A DNA stretch of 64,000 nucleotides from Thalassobaculaceae bacterium. Its GTDB lineage: Bacteria > Pseudomonadota > Alphaproteobacteria > Thalassobaculales > Thalassobaculaceae. Of the stretch, positions 9,705 through 16,904 are shown piece after piece. How positions within the stretch are numbered: the first letter of the stretch is position 1; the number at the start of each line of letters is the position of its first letter. The translations under genes were made by a program, and so were the position numbers. The stretch lies in assembly GCA_963921355.3 (NCBI GenBank), contig OZ001190.1, positions 4,411,145-4,475,144 on the forward strand. The letters run 5' to 3'. The notes below the pieces were generated by a model. The model ran no database searches. It worked only from the letters and a program-made list of their open reading frames with translations, and was not told the DNA's origin.

Positions 9705-12107
9705 ATGGGAGACGGCGCTGCGAGCGACCTGCCGACGGGTCTCTCCGAGGGAGACCTGGTCGAGGCGAAGCGCTCCATTCCAGGGAGCTTTCTGGTCCAG
9801 ACGGCCGCGATGGTGGTTCTTCTGACCGCGTGGGCTATCGGGGTGGTGCAGCTTCAAGACACGCTCGAACCCATGATGTCGCGGTTCGGCCTCAATGCTC
9901 AGCAGCAGGATCTCCTGGTCATCGGCATACCGGCGACGTTGACGGTTGTCTGGGTGATTGAACGTGCGATCCGGTGGCAGCGACGCCGGCGCCTCGAGGC
10001 CACCGAGTTCGCGCTGCCGGAGCCGGGCTACTTCCGGATCGAGCCGTTCGGACCAGGCGATCATGGAACACGCTACAAGACGCGTCAGGATCACTCCGAG
10101 GCCGACACCCTGAACTGGATCCTCGGGTCGACCGAGCGCCTTCTCTATCTGACCGGCCGATCGGGGTGCGGAAAGTCCTCCCTCCTGGGCGCTCACCTCG
10201 TTCCCGAACTCGAGGAACGGGGTTGGCTTGTGTGTTCGGTTCGCGCCGGGACCGATCCGCTCGCAGCGGCCGCAGCCGCGGCCTCAAAGCTTGGCGTTCT
10301 AGGACAACCGGCCCCCGAAGCCGAAGATCCGGCGAGGCGCCTGAGTGCGGCGGGTGAGCGCGCAAAGGGTGATGGCAAAAGACTGCTGATCGTCATCGAC
10401 CAGTTCGAGGAGTTCCTGATCCTGAACGATGAGGATCCGGACGCCTTGGCCCGGTTCAAAGAGCAGATATCTTCCCTTTTGGGAGCCGATACCGCGGGTC
10501 TCACGGTCCTGCTGGTTTTCCGGAGTGACTACAGCGATCTGGTGGAGGTCTGCGGCTTGCCGCTCATGCGCCAAGGCGAGAACTGGCGTGAGTTGGGTCC
10601 GTTCATGCGAAAGGAGGCCGTCGACTTCCTGAGCGGCGGGCTCGGCACTATCGGGACCCCTCTCATGGAGAGGTTGCTTGGCGGCCTCGACGAGTTGGAA
10701 GAGACCCCGGGCCGATACCGGCCGGTCACGCTGAATATGGCAGGGATGGTGTTCGCCAGTGGGACCGGGCGGTTGGACACGCCGCCCGAACAGCTGATCC
10801 ACCGCTACGTCGACGACGCGATAAAGGATCCGGAAACCTTGGATCTGGCGCCAGGGATTCTGCAGACGATGGTGACCGACGCCGGAACGAAGCGTCCGGT
10901 TTCGCTGGCGCACCTGGTGGCCGAGAAGAAGGAGCGGCCAGAGACCATTCGCGGCGTTCTTCGACGCCTTGCGGTAAGCCGTTTGGTGCGGTCGCTCGAT
11001 CCCGATCAGAACAGCTGGGAGATTTCGCACGACTTCGTTGCACGGCTGATCGGCCAGCGACTTGGCCGATTGCGCCCATCTCCTTTGCGTTTCCTGCGAG
11101 GCTGGGTCGTTCCAGGGCTCCAGGCACTCGCTGTGGCAGGTCTGATGGCGAGTGCGTGGGTGTGGCACCAGGGCGAGCGTGACCGCCTTATCGCGACGCT
11201 GTCGGACAACGGGATCGTCGTCAGAGAGATAGGGGGCCTCCGGGTCGCTGAGCCGACCAATCCTTCAGCGTTCTCGAACGCCAGTCTCGATAGTCTCGGC
11301 CCGGATTTGGACCGCTGGGTTGAGATCGAGACCAAGCCCACAGGCCTGAACTTCAGTGGTACCACCATCAAAGATCTAGGACCACTTGCCGGCTTCGTCC
11401 GTCTGCAGTCGCTGCACCTGTATCACGCCGATGTTGATGATTTGGAGCCGTTAAGGAACCTCAAAGGGCTGAAGTTCTTAAGGGTTGGCAGGACGGGTGT
11501 CACTGATTTAGACCCGCTAAAGGAGCTCAAAGCGCTACAACTTCTCGACTTGGGAAATAATCATGATCTCAAGGACTTGGCTCCCCTTAAAGGCCTCACT
11601 GCGCTGCAAAATCTGAATTTGTCTTGGACCAATGTCACCGACCTAGAGCCACTTAAGGATCTCAGTGCACTGGACACCCTGAATTTGACAGACACTAAAG
11701 GTATCGAGAACCTAACTCAGCTTAAGGGTCTCCTGCGGCTCGAGAAGTTGTTTCTTTCAAGGACCGCTGTCGCTAACTTGAAGCCGCTCAAGAAACTCAA
11801 AGCATTGGTCGTTCTAAGTTTGAGCGAAACACGTGTCACCGATCTATCGCCGCTAAAGGGTCTCACCTCGCTGGAATTTCTAGACTTGTCAGGTAACAAA
11901 GGTATCAAGGACCTGGATCCGCTTAGGGGCCTTAGATCGTTGGAGAAGCTGATCCTGAATGGAACCTCTGTCGACGATATTGGTCCAGTAGAGCACCTCA
12001 AGGCCTTGCGGATTCTGGAAACCAAAGCCACTCCCTATTCCAAGCGTACGACTAAGGATCCGGAGGCGGTTACGCCAGCGCCTAGCGGTGTTTCCACACG
12101 GAGATAG
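9705..12107 (+). CDS. membrane-anchored STAND-class P-loop NTPase with C-terminal leucine-rich repeats (NLR-like architecture)
   Basis: ATG at 9705 (the track uses TTG at 9693). Two N-terminal hydrophobic helices: FLVQTAAMVVLLTAWAIGVV and LLVIGIPATLTVVWVI. Walker A is LTGRSGCGKSSLL (about 10155-10181) and Walker B is RLLIVIDQFEEF. A helical/winged-helix-like region ends in WEISHDFVARLIG. A third hydrophobic helix is VVPGLQALAVAGLMASAWVW. About 10 LRRs of 22-23 aa follow (LxxLxxLxxLxLxxTxVxDLxPL, 11346-12020). Confidence 0.85.
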   Translation: MGDGAASDLPTGLSEGDLVEAKRSIPGSFLVQTAAMVVLLTAWAIGVVQLQDTLEPMMSRFGLNAQQQDLLVIGIPATLTVVWVIERAIRWQRRRRLEATEFALPEPGYFRIEPFGPGDHGTRYKTRQDHSEADTLNWILGSTERLLYLTGRSGCGKSSLLGAHLVPELEERGWLVCSVRAGTDPLAAAAAAASKLGVLGQPAPEAEDPARRLSAAGERAKGDGKRLLIVIDQFEEFLILNDEDPDALARFKEQISSLLGADTAGLTVLLVFRSDYSDLVEVCGLPLMRQGENWRELGPFMRKEAVDFLSGGLGTIGTPLMERLLGGLDELEETPGRYRPVTLNMAGMVFASGTGRLDTPPEQLIHRYVDDAIKDPETLDLAPGILQTMVTDAGTKRPVSLAHLVAEKKERPETIRGVLRRLAVSRLVRSLDPDQNSWEISHDFVARLIGQRLGRLRPSPLRFLRGWVVPGLQALAVAGLMASAWVWHQGERDRLIATLSDNGIVVREIGGLRVAEPTNPSAFSNASLDSLGPDLDRWVEIETKPTGLNFSGTTIKDLGPLAGFVRLQSLHLYHADVDDLEPLRNLKGLKFLRVGRTGVTDLDPLKELKALQLLDLGNNHDLKDLAPLKGLTALQNLNLSWTNVTDLEPLKDLSALDTLNLTDTKGIENLTQLKGLLRLEKLFLSRTAVANLKPLKKLKALVVLSLSETRVTDLSPLKGLTSLEFLDLSGNKGIKDLDPLRGLRSLEKLILNGTSVDDIGPVEHLKALRILETKATPYSKRTTKDPEAVTPAPSGVSTRR

Positions 12108-12195
12108 AGTAGACAGCTTCGTTCCCTGCCGCGCAGGCTTTCTGATCGCCCTTGCCGCCGCGCGCAACGCCTGGCGGGAGTGACCGCCGGGTCCG

Positions 12196-12855
12196 TCAGT
12201 CGACGGTGATGCGGATGCCGCGGACCTGTTCGATTGCCCAATCCGGTCGAGGTGATACCGCCGTGGGGATTGGCCGGAGGTCCCTTTGTTCGATGAAGAA
12301 ATTGAAGGCCTTCTCCGGCAGAATCCACTGGGTTTTGAAGTTGTGGACCGCGTGGGCACACGCGAGTCCCTCGTTTAGAACTGCTATCATATGATTCTGT
12401 TTCTGATCCTTGGAAAGCGTCCCGCCGTCCTCGATGATCGCCTGATGCTCGGCTTCTATTTCCTCGACCCGAGCCTCTTTGGCTACGCACTCGGCGGTCT
12501 TCTCCTTGGGCTGGATGGAAATGGAAAACGACGTAACGACTACGTCGGTTGATGTGTTTCGCACATGCCCCGAATAGTCGATCTTGGAGTTGTCCAGAAC
12601 AGAGCGACGGTACCCTGCTGTCCCCGTTAGAATCCTGCCGGTGATGGCGGTTTCGTTTTGCTCCGCGCAGCGCGCGCGGATCACTTCGCTTGGAACCAGA
12701 TCCGACGCGTTCTCTTCGACACAAGCCTCGATCGCCGCGAGCGTCCCGGGTTCGGGTGGCGGCTCGCAGGCGACCAGCCCCGCCGCCAGCAGGAGCATTG
12801 CCACGCTTCGAGTGGGGATTCCAAGCAGGCGCTGAAGGGCGATCGCGTCGACCAT
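12196..12855 (-). CDS. putative lipoprotein, unknown function
   Basis: ORF 12196..12927. Lipobox LAAGLVAC after MVDAIALQRLLGIPTRSVAMLL. The start (12927, 12855 or 12798) is unresolved. Confidence 0.5.
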   Translation of the reverse strand: MVDAIALQRLLGIPTRSVAMLLLAAGLVACEPPPEPGTLAAIEACVEENASDLVPSEVIRARCAEQNETAITGRILTGTAGYRRSVLDNSKIDYSGHVRNTSTDVVVTSFSISIQPKEKTAECVAKEARVEEIEAEHQAIIEDGGTLSKDQKQNHMIAVLNEGLACAHAVHNFKTQWILPEKAFNFFIEQRDLRPIPTAVSPRPDWAIEQVRGIRITVD

Positions 12856-12996
12856 GATGGGTAGCCTATCAGGGCTTCGCTCACGGGGGAGATCGGCGAT
12901 CGAAAGAGCACTCTGACGCGGTGTCACCGGCGTCTCACGTCAGTCGTGATTCGAAGTAGAGGAAATCCCTTCTCTTGAGGCCAGCTCAGCTGTTCC

Positions 12997-13290
12997 TCAA
13001 TCGCCGCTCGGCAGCCTCTCATCCGCGACGAAGTTCGAGAACTTCGTCGTCGCTCCGTCGAAGTGCAGCTGCACAGTCCCCGTCGGGCCTTGGCGCTGTT
13101 TTGATATGATCACCTCGGCCTTGCCCGCAGCCTTCTCGTAGCGTTCCTGCCAGGCATCGTAGCGGTCGCGGAACTTCTCAGAGTACTCGTCGATCCGCTG
13201 GATCGGCTCCGCATCATGCTTTGTCGACGCTGACTTGTGGAGGTCGACCAACGCTGCGTGTGGCGAACGAAAGACGGCTCCGGACAGCAC
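12997..13290 (-). pseudogene. dnaB: C-terminal remnant of a DnaB-type replicative helicase
   Basis: The last 65 aa or so (EKFRDRYDAWQERYEKAAGKAEVIISKQRQGPTGTVQLHFDGATTKFSNFVADERLP) match the conserved DnaB C-terminus (AEVIIAKQRHGPTG..L.F.....F.N). No Walker/RecA-like core lies upstream. Confidence 0.7.
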
Positions 13291-13313
13291 CGACGGAGCG
13301 TTCGGTGGAGCCT

Positions 13314-13406
13314 ATGCGGATTATCCGCATGGTCCTGAATGGTTCTCCGCCGCTTATGTGGCTGCGGAGAACCCCAAACCGGCGCGCGGAGAGGTTGCGG
13401 AGAACC
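13314..13406. repeat. iteron-like repeat cluster plus DnaA-box-like palindrome in non-coding DNA
   Basis: ATGCGGAT-t-ATCCGCAT is a perfect 8-bp inverted repeat (13314-13330) and contains TTATCCGCA. GCGGAGAACC occurs at 13364-13373 and 13397-13406, and inverted (GGTTCTCCGC) at 13341-13350. A degenerate GCGGAGAgg lies at 13386-13394. Confidence 0.6.
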
Positions 13407-13557
13407 GGTGGTTGGGTCTGGATACCCAGGGTCTCCAAGCCGAACTCGCGTGCCCGGCATGTGTCGGGGAGCGATCTTCTTCAGCCGGACACTCCGGGAG
13501 AGTGTCTGGTGGATTGAGTGAGGACACGCACAACGTGGGATCTGGTCGACGACGCCT

Positions 13558-14220
13558 CTACCGTGTGGCCACCAGAGCGACCCCACCTTCGGAGACGCTC
13601 AGATGCCGGGCCGAAATGGCGAACGCCAAACCCTCCGTTCCTCGATACGTAAAGGTTGCTATGCCCACCACTTCGCCTCTGCGGTTGAGTACTGGGCCTC
13701 CACTGTTCCCAGGATTGATAGCAGCGTCTACCTGAACCAACGACACAGGGCCATCGAACCGTATAGAGCTGACGATCCCTGCCGTCAGGGTACCCTTGAG
13801 TCCCTTTGGCGATCCTACGACCACGATAGGGGTTCCAGGTTCAGGGAGGTCACTGGCAACTGGCAAAGGCGCTTCGGAGTAAGGTTCGTCCACCCAGACG
13901 ATTGCAAAATCGAGGTCTTCATCACTGCGTCTCACAACAGTCCCCCCTAAACGTCGCCCGTCATTCAGCTCGACGACGACATCATTCGAGTCGCCGACGA
14001 CGTGCCGATTTGTGACGAGGTGGCGAGCATCGAGAAAGAAGCCGCTGCCCAACGACGTCTCGGTGAGCACGGTAACCACTGCCGGAGCGGCTCGCTTGTA
14101 GAGAGCGACCAGACTGCCTGGATTCCCTGGCTCCGCTGGAGCCACAGGCGTAGGCGTTTTCGACGCCGGAGAAGGCGGTGGTTGGACGCTCCGAAAACGA
14201 AGAGGAAGATCAAAGACCAT
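13558..14220 (-). CDS. trypsin-like (S1/S1C) serine protease, no PDZ domain
   Basis: 220 aa. Catalytic-triad contexts are VTNRHVV (His), DLDFAIV (Asp) and AAINPGNSGGPVL (Ser). There is no obvious signal peptide. It starts 7 nt after the upstream lipoprotein gene. Confidence 0.85.
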   Translation of the reverse strand: MVFDLPLRFRSVQPPPSPASKTPTPVAPAEPGNPGSLVALYKRAAPAVVTVLTETSLGSGFFLDARHLVTNRHVVGDSNDVVVELNDGRRLGGTVVRRSDEDLDFAIVWVDEPYSEAPLPVASDLPEPGTPIVVVGSPKGLKGTLTAGIVSSIRFDGPVSLVQVDAAINPGNSGGPVLNRRGEVVGIATFTYRGTEGLAFAISARHLSVSEGGVALVATR

Positions 14221-14226
14221 CCGCGC

Positions 14227-15105
14227 TCACTGCCGGACAGATTGGCCGTTCTCTGTGATCGTTGATCGACTCTCGACCAGGTAGGTTTGGCCGCTGAAAG
14301 GATCGATCAGCCTACGTCCAGTTACGCTGATCTGGAGGCCCGCCGTCGAAACGTCCGAGCGGAACCTAGTGCTAAGGAACTCATACCCTTCCACATACGC
14401 GACGCCTGTCACCCGCTCACTATTTTCGAACCTAGTCAACGCCGCGACGTCGCTAGAAGGAATGCGCCGGGTCAAGAAGTGGCCTAGCCGAACATCCGAG
14501 ACAAAATCCCGGGTCGCCGCATCAGCGACCAGAAAGCGCCTAAAGAAACTCTCACGCGTCGTCGCAGCGAGATCCGAACCGATCGTCAAGTCCGAGCTCA
14601 GCTTTGGCTGAAGCGTCATCTTGATCGGATCAACTGTACCGAACTCGCCAGTAAAGTTGCTGAGGATCGCCTTCTCAGCTTCCTCGTTGAAATCACCCAG
14701 ACCTGTCAGCTCGAAATCCAGCTTTACGGGATGGATGCGCCTCACGTGCCCAACCGCATCAAGCTCATAGTCCGAAGCGAGGCCGTTGGCCACCTGGGCC
14801 CGAATGTTTCGACCCGATCCCTGAAAGGAAATGCGCTCCAGATAGGTCCGAATTCGAACAGTGGCGCGATCCGTCGCAGTGATCGTTGCATAGCCATCGA
14901 GCCGGGTGGTTGTGCTTTGCTCAAGATCTTTAAGCTCACCACTGAATGGGACCCTGCCAATCGGCCGATAACGAATGTCGCTCAGTGTTGGAAGGCCGCT
15001 CGAATAAACCGCGATCGGCGCATTCACCGGTTCAGGCGGGGGAGCTGACGGAAGCGTTTTGCAACCGACTAAAACTAAGGCGAGAAGCGGGAGTATGGTG
15101 CGCAT
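14227..15105 (-). CDS. putative lipoprotein, unknown function
   Basis: The internal start gives MRTILPLLALVLVGCKT (lipobox LVGC). No family recognised. Forms an apparent operon with the S1 protease. Confidence 0.6.
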   Translation of the reverse strand: MRTILPLLALVLVGCKTLPSAPPPEPVNAPIAVYSSGLPTLSDIRYRPIGRVPFSGELKDLEQSTTTRLDGYATITATDRATVRIRTYLERISFQGSGRNIRAQVANGLASDYELDAVGHVRRIHPVKLDFELTGLGDFNEEAEKAILSNFTGEFGTVDPIKMTLQPKLSSDLTIGSDLAATTRESFFRRFLVADAATRDFVSDVRLGHFLTRRIPSSDVAALTRFENSERVTGVAYVEGYEFLSTRFRSDVSTAGLQISVTGRRLIDPFSGQTYLVESRSTITENGQSVRQ

Positions 15106-15354
15106 ACCGCTACGGTAGCAGCCCTGCGCTTCGGCACAACCGGATCCATTCATCGCGGCGGCGATCTCGACGGCCATTTCCTCTTCCGCGCGCAGTTGGC
15201 TGTAAAGGCCTAAGCTGAGTCCATCGACCCGATAGAAACTTGCAACGAACTTGCAACGGATCTCGCGAAACTTCGCTCAAACACAGGCGATGCCGTTGAC
15301 CGCTGGACTCGAAAACACGCAATAAATCAACAACATAGATTAAGTCGATTACAC

Positions 15355-15399
15355 TCACACCGTAGGGGTCGCTGGTTCAATCCCAGCCGCGCCCACCAT
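15355..15399. repeat. right copy of 45-bp direct repeat (partial tRNA-Val, attR-like)
   Basis: Identical to 7479-7523. It covers the anticodon loop through CCA only, so it is not a functional tRNA. Confidence 0.92.
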
Positions 15400-15553
15400 T
15401 TTCGCCCTGTCCCTACCTGACAGCATCACCCTCAGCGCTTTGCCGCCTAGGAGGCGACGAGACGCTTCTTCGCCCGGCCGAACGCCCCACCCATTTTGGA
15501 GCAGCGCTTCAATTCGGGACACGCCTCGGTCCCGAAAGGGCGAATTACGGCAA

Positions 15554-16039
15554 CTAGCCCTTGGCTTCCCCGGATGTCTGCAGACTCGCGGCAAGCTGCT
15601 TCGCGGCATCCTTGGTGAAGCTCATATCGATCGACACCCCGCCAACCGTCAGTCTGAGAACCTCGCCGGTCGGGTTGTACTGGATACCGAACGGGATTTT
15701 GGCTCCCTCCGGAAGATTGGCAGCGTTCACGATGGCAGGGCTCGTGGGCTTGCCCTCCGCGTCCGGCTTGGAAACGGCATAGGACGCGCTGGAAACCGCG
15801 AGGAACAGGTCGACCAGCGCCTGCCGGGTGAATGCCAGCGGGAAGCTCTGGCCCTTGTTGTCGCTCAGCGACAGCAGGGCTCCCTCCTTGTTGTCGCTGA
15901 TCGCGAGGCCAATCCCCTGGACCGGGATCAGACCGTTGGGATCCAAGTCAATGCAGCTTGGGATCTTGGTTTCAGACACGCGCTTCCTCTCTGCCCGTTG
16001 AACCGGTCCGCCTTCCTTGAGGCGCATGCCCCCGCGCAA
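15554..16039 (-). CDS. hypothetical protein
   Basis: 161-aa ORF with ordinary amino-acid composition. No recognisable motifs. Confidence 0.4.
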   Translation of the reverse strand: MRGGMRLKEGGPVQRAERKRVSETKIPSCIDLDPNGLIPVQGIGLAISDNKEGALLSLSDNKGQSFPLAFTRQALVDLFLAVSSASYAVSKPDAEGKPTSPAIVNAANLPEGAKIPFGIQYNPTGEVLRLTVGGVSIDMSFTKDAAKQLAASLQTSGEAKG

Positions 16040-16169
16040 CCGGTCTGGTTCAAGTCATCGTGGATGGCCGGCACCCCGGCCACAGCAGGCATAGCATAGA
16101 TCCAGAGGCCGACGCGTCCCTGTGTTCGGCTATCCGGCAAGCCACGCCGGATCCCCCCGCGGCGGCGGA

Positions 16170-16670
16170 TCAGGCCGCGAACTGCATGATGGCGAGGATA
16201 TAGCGGCAGCGTCCATCCGAATCACTGATCGGCAGGATCAGCCGGACATAGCGCTGCACGTCGTCGAGCCCGCTTTCGGAGTGCATTCTGTCGACCAGGA
16301 GGCCGTTTGCGCCCGGCGCGCACTGGCGGTGTTCGTCGAGCGTGTAGCGGAGGGCGCGCCCGGTCATCAGCTCGCCCAGCCGGCGGCCCTTGAGCCGGTG
16401 CCCGTAGCGCGCACTGACGGTCTCGCCGACCAGCAGAAACCGGAAGTCCGCGCCATCGGCCTCGAGCAGAGCCAGGGCGCTCAACAGATCAGGGATGTCC
16501 AGGGGTTCGATGTCGCTGCGCCGTGGCATCGCCCGGTCGCCGCACCACCGCCGCCAGGCCGCCAGCAGCCGGGCCGGGCCGTCATAGCCGGCCAGCTCCG
16601 CCGGCGGTGCGTCGGGCGCGAACCGGATCGGCTGATCTAGACCCGTTGCCGGAAAAAGTGCCAGTCCCAA
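16170..16670 (-). CDS. PAS_5-like (PF07310-type) domain protein; start unresolved
   Basis: LLAAWRRWCGDRAMPRRSDIEPLDIPDLLSALALLE...FRFLLVGETVSARYG...RYVRLILPISDSDG follows the layout I recall for alphaproteobacterial PAS_5 proteins. There is no in-frame ATG. Candidate starts are TTG 16670 and GTG 16739. The rest of the 457-aa track ORF is antisense to the racemase gene. Confidence 0.55.
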   Translation of the reverse strand: MGLALFPATGLDQPIRFAPDAPPAELAGYDGPARLLAAWRRWCGDRAMPRRSDIEPLDIPDLLSALALLEADGADFRFLLVGETVSARYGHRLKGRRLGELMTGRALRYTLDEHRQCAPGANGLLVDRMHSESGLDDVQRYVRLILPISDSDGRCRYILAIMQFAA

Positions 16671-16855
16671 GGAAGATCCGCCGATGCCTGTTGACGCCGT
16701 TCGGCCGGTCGCCGACCGATAGCGGCGACGTTCCGACACGGCCCAGGGTAGCAGCCCGCCGCTTAACAATCCGTTGTCCGGCGGGCCTCCCGGCCCATCG
16801 CCCCGGCAGGACAAGGTTGATACGCTCGGCCGGTACGTTGCTGCCGAGTGGCAAG

Positions 16856-16904
16856 GACAAGGCCTGAGAAACGACAAGGCCTGAGAAACGACAAGGGCTG
16901 AGAG
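16856..16904. repeat. 17-bp tandem repeat (2 perfect copies + 1 partial) abutting a start codon
   Basis: gacaaggcctgagaaac occurs at 16856-16872 and 16873-16889. It is followed by gacaagggctgagag (16890-16904) and then the ATG at 16905. Confidence 0.85.

Larger units (their letters stand above)
7524..15354. mobile_element. tRNA-Val-associated genomic island (degraded integrative element, no integrase seen)
   Basis: Bounded by the 45-bp direct repeat. G+C is lower than the flanks: 27/60 in line 11521-11580 versus 44/60 in line 7261-7320. Contains an excisionase-like HTH gene, a dnaB remnant, an iteron-like repeat cluster and cargo genes of unknown function. Confidence 0.65.

Noticed and set aside
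8240-12020. Periodic DNA repeats considered as a possible CRISPR array or tandem-repeat locus
   Set aside because: The periodicity is 15/30 nt in the first gene and about 66-69 nt in the second. It corresponds exactly to in-frame pentapeptide and LRR units. The repeats are degenerate at the nucleotide level and lack the conserved-repeat/unique-spacer structure of CRISPR.
13214-13438. Possible further DnaB remnant upstream of the C-terminal fragment (minus-strand ORF …NLSARRFGVLRSHISGGEPFRTMRIIRIG…)
   Set aside because: The resemblance to the LSQLSR…LRESG…DVVMF region of DnaB is too weak and gapped to support by eye. The DNA is better explained as a non-coding repeat cluster.
7524-15354. Search for an integrase, recombinase, transposase or relaxase inside the island
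   Set aside because: No ORF in any frame shows tyrosine or serine recombinase or transposase motifs. I therefore do not call the island an active mobile element, only a degraded one.
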